Source of the DNA: Limnohabitans sp. | GTDB lineage: Bacteria; Pseudomonadota; Gammaproteobacteria; Burkholderiales; Burkholderiaceae_C | Reading direction: 5' to 3' | Length of the DNA: 64,000 nt | Assembly: GCF_038134685.1 (NCBI RefSeq) | Contig: NZ_JAYPVP010000002.1 | Coordinates: 37,089-101,088 of the forward strand | In this document: piece after piece, positions 59,432 through 64,000 of the stretch | How the letters are laid out: each line of letters opens with the position of its first letter | Position numbering within the stretch: the stretch's first letter is position 1 | Notes under the pieces: model-generated | Told to the model about the DNA's origin: nothing | Database searches by the model: none | The model's input: only the letters and a program-made list of their open reading frames with translations | Program-made: the position numbers and the translations under genes

Positions 59432-59932
59432 TCAGCGGTCCAGTTGCAGCTTGAGCAGGGTGCGAGGTTCAGGCTTCAGGCGCTCGGCACGTATTCGGTG
59501 ATGGCTTTCGAACTGACTCAAGTCAAACTGCCAGCCAGGTGCATCGTGGTCCTGTCCCTTGAGCCATGAGAAGAGGGCTTCCAAAGGCAATGTTGTGCCC
59601 GTCAATTGTTCGGTCAGAGCCTGGACGGATCTGTCTTGCCAATGTTGATCGCCCTGGTCAAGTTGTGCCTGGCCGGGTTGCCAACGCAAGCGTCCCAGTG
59701 TGTTACCCAGAGGCGAGAGCAGGAGCAATTCGCCTTGCTGGGCCGACCCCAGCAGCTCAAAACTGGCGCTCAGGTTTTGCGGGGGGGTGCTGTCCACCTG
59801 CAAGGCCAGCCGACCGGACCAGAAAGCAGGTATGTCAGTCGATGTCGCATGCGGGCGCAGGCTTGGGGTGCTACAGGCGCTCAGCCATAGCACGCTGGCC
59901 AAGAGGAGCCAACGCAGCAAGCGGATGGTCAT
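59432..59932 (-). CDS. lolB: outer-membrane lipoprotein LolB
   Basis: 166 aa. Signal peptide plus lipobox (LWLSAC). Canonical position upstream of ispE. Somewhat short for LolB. Confidence 0.75.
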   Translation of the reverse strand: MTIRLLRWLLLASVLWLSACSTPSLRPHATSTDIPAFWSGRLALQVDSTPPQNLSASFELLGSAQQGELLLLSPLGNTLGRLRWQPGQAQLDQGDQHWQDRSVQALTEQLTGTTLPLEALFSWLKGQDHDAPGWQFDLSQFESHHRIRAERLKPEPRTLLKLQLDR

Positions 59933-61674
59933 GGCGTGTATCCCAGACGCGTCAGTGTTTGGCGCAGGGTGGCGTTGTCGGGGTTGAGCAAAAGGCCTTC
60001 ACGCCAGATGCGCGCTGCACGCTCCTTGTCACCCATGACCCATAGCACTTCACCCAAATGGGCTGCAATTTCGGCATCAGGGCGCTGTGCATAGGCGCCA
60101 TGAAGAATCTGCTGTGCCTGCGGTAAATCCCCCATACGGAACTTCACCCAACCCAGGCTGTCCTGGATGAAAGGATCCTTGGGGGCCAATTGCACGGCTT
60201 TTTCAATCAGTACCAGCGCTTCAGGCAGGCGCAGGCCCCTGTCGGCGAGCGAATAGCCAAGCATGTTGTAGGCCTGCGGGTCTTCGGGTTGCAGCTGCAT
60301 CAGTTGACGCAACAGGCCTTCCATTTCTTCGTAACGCTGCAGCTCATCGCACACGATGGCCATTTCAGACATCAATTCGGCTTGTCCGGGGCGTTCCTGC
60401 AGCGCAGTTTTCATGACGTTGTAAGCCTGCTGGGGCGTTTTGCGTTCACGCCACCAGCGAGAGAGCGTCAAGGCCTTGTCGATGCTTTCTTGATCGGATT
60501 GCGGGCTGATCTGTTCAAGCAACTGCTGTGCTTCTCTGGCTCGTCCTTGTTTCATCAACAAAGCAGCGCGTTGGCTGGCCACTTTGACCGGGTCTGCCTG
60601 CGCCGGAATTTGTTGCAGCCAAGAGTCTGCCTGCGCCAGTTGGCCCTCGCGCTGAGCCATTTGGGCCATGGCCATCAGGGCTTCGCTGCGCCCGGACAGG
60701 GCTTCCGTGTCCTGTTTGTCTGCTGTCAGTGCCAGATAGTGTTTCAGTGCAGTCTGCGCTTGTTCATATTGGCGGTTGTCTGCGTGCAACAAGCCGCTGA
60801 CAAGCCATGCAGGCGCATAGGCCGCAAATTTTTGACCGATCAGTTGCAGCTGCGTTTGCGCTTCCTGGCGTGCCCCCAGGCTGATCAGCATGCGGGCATA
60901 GCTCATGCGCAATTCCACCGGTGGCGCATTGCCTTGCATGGCTGTGTCCAGCAAAGGTTTGAGTTCAGCGCTGGCGTGTTGCAACAAGCTCATGGTCAGG
61001 ATCAGCGGCCCCAAGGCTTGAGGGTCCTGCCTGTGGGTCTGCACCACGGTGGAGACCGCTTCTGAAATGAGCCCGCTGTCACGCTGCATGCGACCCAAGG
61101 TTGTCAGGGCGACGGTCTTTGTCTGTGGGTGTTGCAAGGCTTTGTCGAGTGCGCTGCGGACCGTGCGAAGGGCAAGTTGTTTGTCACTGACCCGTTCGAA
61201 CAGACGAGGCACCGAGGCAATGGCGGCAGACTGGTCCGCCAAAGGCATTCGCCGGAGCCAGTCTGTCAGCGCGGCTCCGGCTTCTTCGATCCGGTTGAGC
61301 GCGACCAGGATTTGCAGCAAATACCGGTCTGGCTCCATGGCCTGTGGTTGTTCACGTTTCCAGGTCCGCACGGCTTGCAAGGCTGCGTCGCCCGAGCGAG
61401 AGGCCAGAGCGACCCCCACTGCACGCTCAAAAAGACCTGCATCGCCCGAGCGGCGGGCGGCATCGAGCATGATGGAATAGCCCGTGCTGTTCTCGCCGCC
61501 ACGCACATACAACTCGGCCAACAAGATTTCGTAAAAAATCTGCGCATTTAACGCAGAGTTGACCACCACCGGTGCAGAGGGAGGAGGTGTGCCAGCAGGC
61601 AACTGCGCCCAAGCCCCTATGGGAAAGCATGAGAACGCAACCAATTTCTGCCAGAACTTCATGCCGGGGATCAT
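59929..61674 (-). CDS. tetratricopeptide repeat (TPR) protein, secreted/periplasmic
   Basis: 581 aa. N-terminal signal-like sequence ([20 protein letters not shown]) and repeated TPR-like helices throughout. 4-nt overlap with lolB. Confidence 0.8.
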   Translation of the reverse strand: MIPGMKFWQKLVAFSCFPIGAWAQLPAGTPPPSAPVVVNSALNAQIFYEILLAELYVRGGENSTGYSIMLDAARRSGDAGLFERAVGVALASRSGDAALQAVRTWKREQPQAMEPDRYLLQILVALNRIEEAGAALTDWLRRMPLADQSAAIASVPRLFERVSDKQLALRTVRSALDKALQHPQTKTVALTTLGRMQRDSGLISEAVSTVVQTHRQDPQALGPLILTMSLLQHASAELKPLLDTAMQGNAPPVELRMSYARMLISLGARQEAQTQLQLIGQKFAAYAPAWLVSGLLHADNRQYEQAQTALKHYLALTADKQDTEALSGRSEALMAMAQMAQREGQLAQADSWLQQIPAQADPVKVASQRAALLMKQGRAREAQQLLEQISPQSDQESIDKALTLSRWWRERKTPQQAYNVMKTALQERPGQAELMSEMAIVCDELQRYEEMEGLLRQLMQLQPEDPQAYNMLGYSLADRGLRLPEALVLIEKAVQLAPKDPFIQDSLGWVKFRMGDLPQAQQILHGAYAQRPDAEIAAHLGEVLWVMGDKERAARIWREGLLLNPDNATLRQTLTRLGYTP

Positions 61675-61740
61675 AATCCAGCGCTCATGGCCTCTGGTTT
61701 CAGAGTGCTATCCTTGTTCACCTGTTTGCACCGTATCGGC

Positions 61741-62556
61741 ATGCCTGAATTGCCCGAAGTTGAAGTTACCCGCCAGAGCTTTGCACATCGTATTGCCGGG
61801 GCTCAGATCCTGGCCCTGCGCTTGGGCAAACCCCTGCGCTGGCCTTTGGGTGTGGAGCCACAGTCCCTGGTCGGACTGCGGGTGCTGCAGGTCGACCGGC
61901 GCGGCAAATACCTGTTGCTCCAGTTGACTGAGGGCTTGCTGCTGCTGCACCTGGGCATGTCGGGCAGTTTGCAGTTTGCACAAAACCTGCCTGCAGCAGG
62001 CGTGCATGACCACATGGATCTGGTGACCTCTCAGGGCACCTTGCGTTTGCACGATCCGCGTCGCTTTGGCGCCGTGGTGTGGGCGCCTGATATGGATGCG
62101 CCGATCGTGCACAAGCTGCTTGGCCGCTTGGGTGTGGAACCTTTGGGCGATGCATTTACGGCTCACGCTTTCCGCCAAGCCTTGCGCAAGCGAAGGGCCC
62201 CGATCAAACCCGTTTTATTGGCTGGGGAAGTGGTGGTGGGCGTGGGCAATATTTACGCCAGCGAGGCCTTGTTTGCAGCGGGTATTCGTCCGACTGTGCG
62301 AGCTGACCGTCTGAGCATGCCGCGCGCAACCCGGCTGCATGCAGCCATTCGGGATGTACTGTCGCGTGCCGTGGCCGCAGGCGGCAGCAGCATGCGCGAT
62401 TTTGTGAACGCTCACGGTCAGGCCGGTCACTTTCAGCAATCCTGGGCAGTCTATGGCCGTGCAGGGCAGCCCTGCCGAGTGTGTGCAACGCCAGTGCGCA
62501 CGCTGGTGCAAGGCCAGCGCAGCACCTTCTACTGCCCACAATGCCAAAAACCATGA
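61741..62556 (+). CDS. mutM: formamidopyrimidine-DNA glycosylase
   Basis: ORF 61687..62556; ATG 61741 gives [12 protein letters not shown] (catalytic Pro2). C-terminal zinc finger CRVCATPV...YCPQCQ. Confidence 0.93.
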   Translation: MPELPEVEVTRQSFAHRIAGAQILALRLGKPLRWPLGVEPQSLVGLRVLQVDRRGKYLLLQLTEGLLLLHLGMSGSLQFAQNLPAAGVHDHMDLVTSQGTLRLHDPRRFGAVVWAPDMDAPIVHKLLGRLGVEPLGDAFTAHAFRQALRKRRAPIKPVLLAGEVVVGVGNIYASEALFAAGIRPTVRADRLSMPRATRLHAAIRDVLSRAVAAGGSSMRDFVNAHGQAGHFQQSWAVYGRAGQPCRVCATPVRTLVQGQRSTFYCPQCQKP

Positions 62557-63584
62557 ACTCCTCAAAGGCTTTTGCCCCTGCCCTGGTGCAGTGGCAGCGC
62601 AGCCATGGTCGACACGATTTGCCCTGGCAAAACACACAGGACCCTTACCGGGTCTGGCTGTCGGAAATCATGTTGCAGCAAACCCAGGTCAGCACCGTGC
62701 TGGACTACTACACACGCTTTCTGGAACGGTTTCCAACTGTGCAGGTACTGGCCGCTGCACACCAGGACGACGTGCTGGCTTTGTGGAGTGGTCTGGGTTA
62801 TTACAGCCGTGCGCGTAATCTGCACAAGTGTGCGCAGCAAGTGGTCTCTGATTGGGCTGGAGTCTTTCCAACCACAGCGGCTCAGTTGCAGACCTTGCCT
62901 GGCATCGGGCCTTCCACGGCTGCAGCGATTGCGGCGTTCTGTTTTCAGGAGCGGGTCGCCATTCTGGACGGCAACGTCAAACGTGTGCTCAGTCGTGTGC
63001 TGGGCTATGGGCAGGATCTTGCGGTCTCTGCCAACGAGAAAGTGTTGTGGGCGCATGCGCAAGACATGCTGCCCTCCCGTGCTGCAGATATGCCCACGTA
63101 CACCCAGGCCGTGATGGATCTGGGCGCTACATTGTGTTTGCCCCGCAGTGCGCAGTGCGATGCATGCCCTGTGTCAACCCATTGTGCAGCCCATGCGCAA
63201 GCGCAGCCCCTGGCCTACCCGGTCAAAACCAAACGGCTGGTGCGCCGCAGCGAAGTCTGGTGGTTGCTTTGGGCCGAGGATGCAAAAGGACGCCTCTGGC
63301 TGGAGCAGCGCCCCCAGCGAGGCGTGTGGGCCGGTCTGTTCAGCCTGCCTGTTTTCTCCAGCGAGAAAGAGTTGCTCGAGGCTTGGCCGGGTGGCCGTGT
63401 GCAGGCGTATCTGCCGGCCTGGGTGCATGTGCTCACGCACAAGGACTTGCACTTGCACCCCGTTCAGCTTCAGGTACATGTCGGGCAAGCACCTTCTGAT
63501 TGGCAGGGGCAGTGGTTGACCCGATCGCAGGCTTTGGCGCTGGGCCTGCCTGCGCCCATACGCAAGCTGTTAGAGGGCGTTTGA
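62553..63584 (+). CDS. mutY: A/G-specific adenine glycosylase
   Basis: ORF 62481..63584. Likely starts are ATG 62553 (ATGA overlap with the mutM stop) or ATG 62541. [35 protein letters not shown], Fe-S cluster [18 protein letters not shown]-terminal Nudix-like domain. Confidence 0.9.
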   Translation: MNSSKAFAPALVQWQRSHGRHDLPWQNTQDPYRVWLSEIMLQQTQVSTVLDYYTRFLERFPTVQVLAAAHQDDVLALWSGLGYYSRARNLHKCAQQVVSDWAGVFPTTAAQLQTLPGIGPSTAAAIAAFCFQERVAILDGNVKRVLSRVLGYGQDLAVSANEKVLWAHAQDMLPSRAADMPTYTQAVMDLGATLCLPRSAQCDACPVSTHCAAHAQAQPLAYPVKTKRLVRRSEVWWLLWAEDAKGRLWLEQRPQRGVWAGLFSLPVFSSEKELLEAWPGGRVQAYLPAWVHVLTHKDLHLHPVQLQVHVGQAPSDWQGQWLTRSQALALGLPAPIRKLLEGV

Positions 63585-63591
63585 CACGGGC

Positions 63592-64000
63592 TCAGCCCGC
63601 ATCGAGTTCGCGGTGACGCTTGAGGGTCGGGTAGCGACCAGAAAAGGCCTGGACCAATTGCTCAACCAGGTAAACCGAACGGTGCTGTCCACCCGTGCAG
63701 CCAATGGCGACGGTCACATAGCTGCGATGGTCGCGCTCAATATGCGGGATCCAGTGGCTCAAAAAGTCGCTGATCTGCTGTTGCATGAGCTGCACTTCGT
63801 CGAATTGCAACAAATACTGCTTGATCGGTTCGTCGCGTCCGGTCAGGGGCCGCAGATGGGACTCGTAGTGCGGGTTGGGCAGCATGCGCACATCGAACAC
63901 ATAGTCTGCGTCGATGGGCACGCCTCGCTTGAATGCAAAAGACTCGAACACCAGCGTCATTTGCTGGGTGCGTTTGCCAATCAGGGTTTTGACATACGAC
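63592..64000 (-). CDS. rapZ: RNase adapter protein RapZ, C-terminal part (5' end beyond window)
   Basis: The frame stays open past the listed Met to the window end (...[43 protein letters not shown]...[15 protein letters not shown]). Confidence 0.88.
   Translation of the reverse strand, partial: SYVKTLIGKRTQQMTLVFESFAFKRGVPIDADYVFDVRMLPNPHYESHLRPLTGRDEPIKQYLLQFDEVQLMQQQISDFLSHWIPHIERDHRSYVTVAIGCTGGQHRSVYLVEQLVQAFSGRYPTLKRHRELDAG

Overview
GC-rich, very densely coding 64-kb chromosomal segment. Protein sequences and gene order look like a betaproteobacterium of the Burkholderiales/Comamonadaceae type; this is inference, no search was run. I call 69 protein-coding genes (two cut by the window edges), one tRNA-Gln(UUG), ten intrinsic terminator candidates and a few promoter/operator candidates. 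I recognised no rRNA, CRISPR, transposase, integrase or phage genes. Gene order: fimV'-asd-leuB / Fic islet / leuD-leuC; a TCA supercluster (gltA-sdhE-sdhBADC, a GntR regulator, mdh-citE-like-acnB); DUF4395-like membrane protein; yegQ (U32), FAD monooxygenase, YkgJ; argF-argD; DUF3579, rpsT, murJ, SirB1-like, purM; AI-2E permease-hda-HAD-pcnB-folK; DUF47-PiT; rfbA-rfbC; TM2; rpsP-rimM-trmD-rplS; DEAD-box helicase with RGG tail; orn; M48 protease-rsgA; CobD-like/NudL-like; apaH; CNNM/CorC; a lower-GC islet (hns - rfaH-like - lipoprotein - atypical LuxR regulator); trpS (with YegP-like tail)-M50-yciO-DMT-yciV; histidine phosphatase, yfhL ferredoxin; pth-rplY-prs-tRNA-Gln-ispE-lolB-TPR; mutM-mutY; rapZ'. 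The ORF track uses GTG/TTG starts, and many of its long entries are antisense shadow ORFs typical of GC-rich DNA; I rejected those and trimmed several starts to conserved N-termini. Bottom line: this is mostly ordinary core genome and I see no convincing novel multi-gene system. Most worth follow-up: (1) a Fic-toxin-type islet splitting the leu cluster; (2) a perfect 12-bp AT palindrome present in two divergent promoter regions, one of them next to the GntR regulator; (3) a terminator hairpin plus SD-preceded uORF in the argD-argF leader; (4) the hns/rfaH-like/Asp-to-Glu LuxR islet; (5) small architectural oddities such as the TrpRS-YegP fusion, the RGG-tailed helicase and the mirror-symmetric SD-less orn/M48 leaders.
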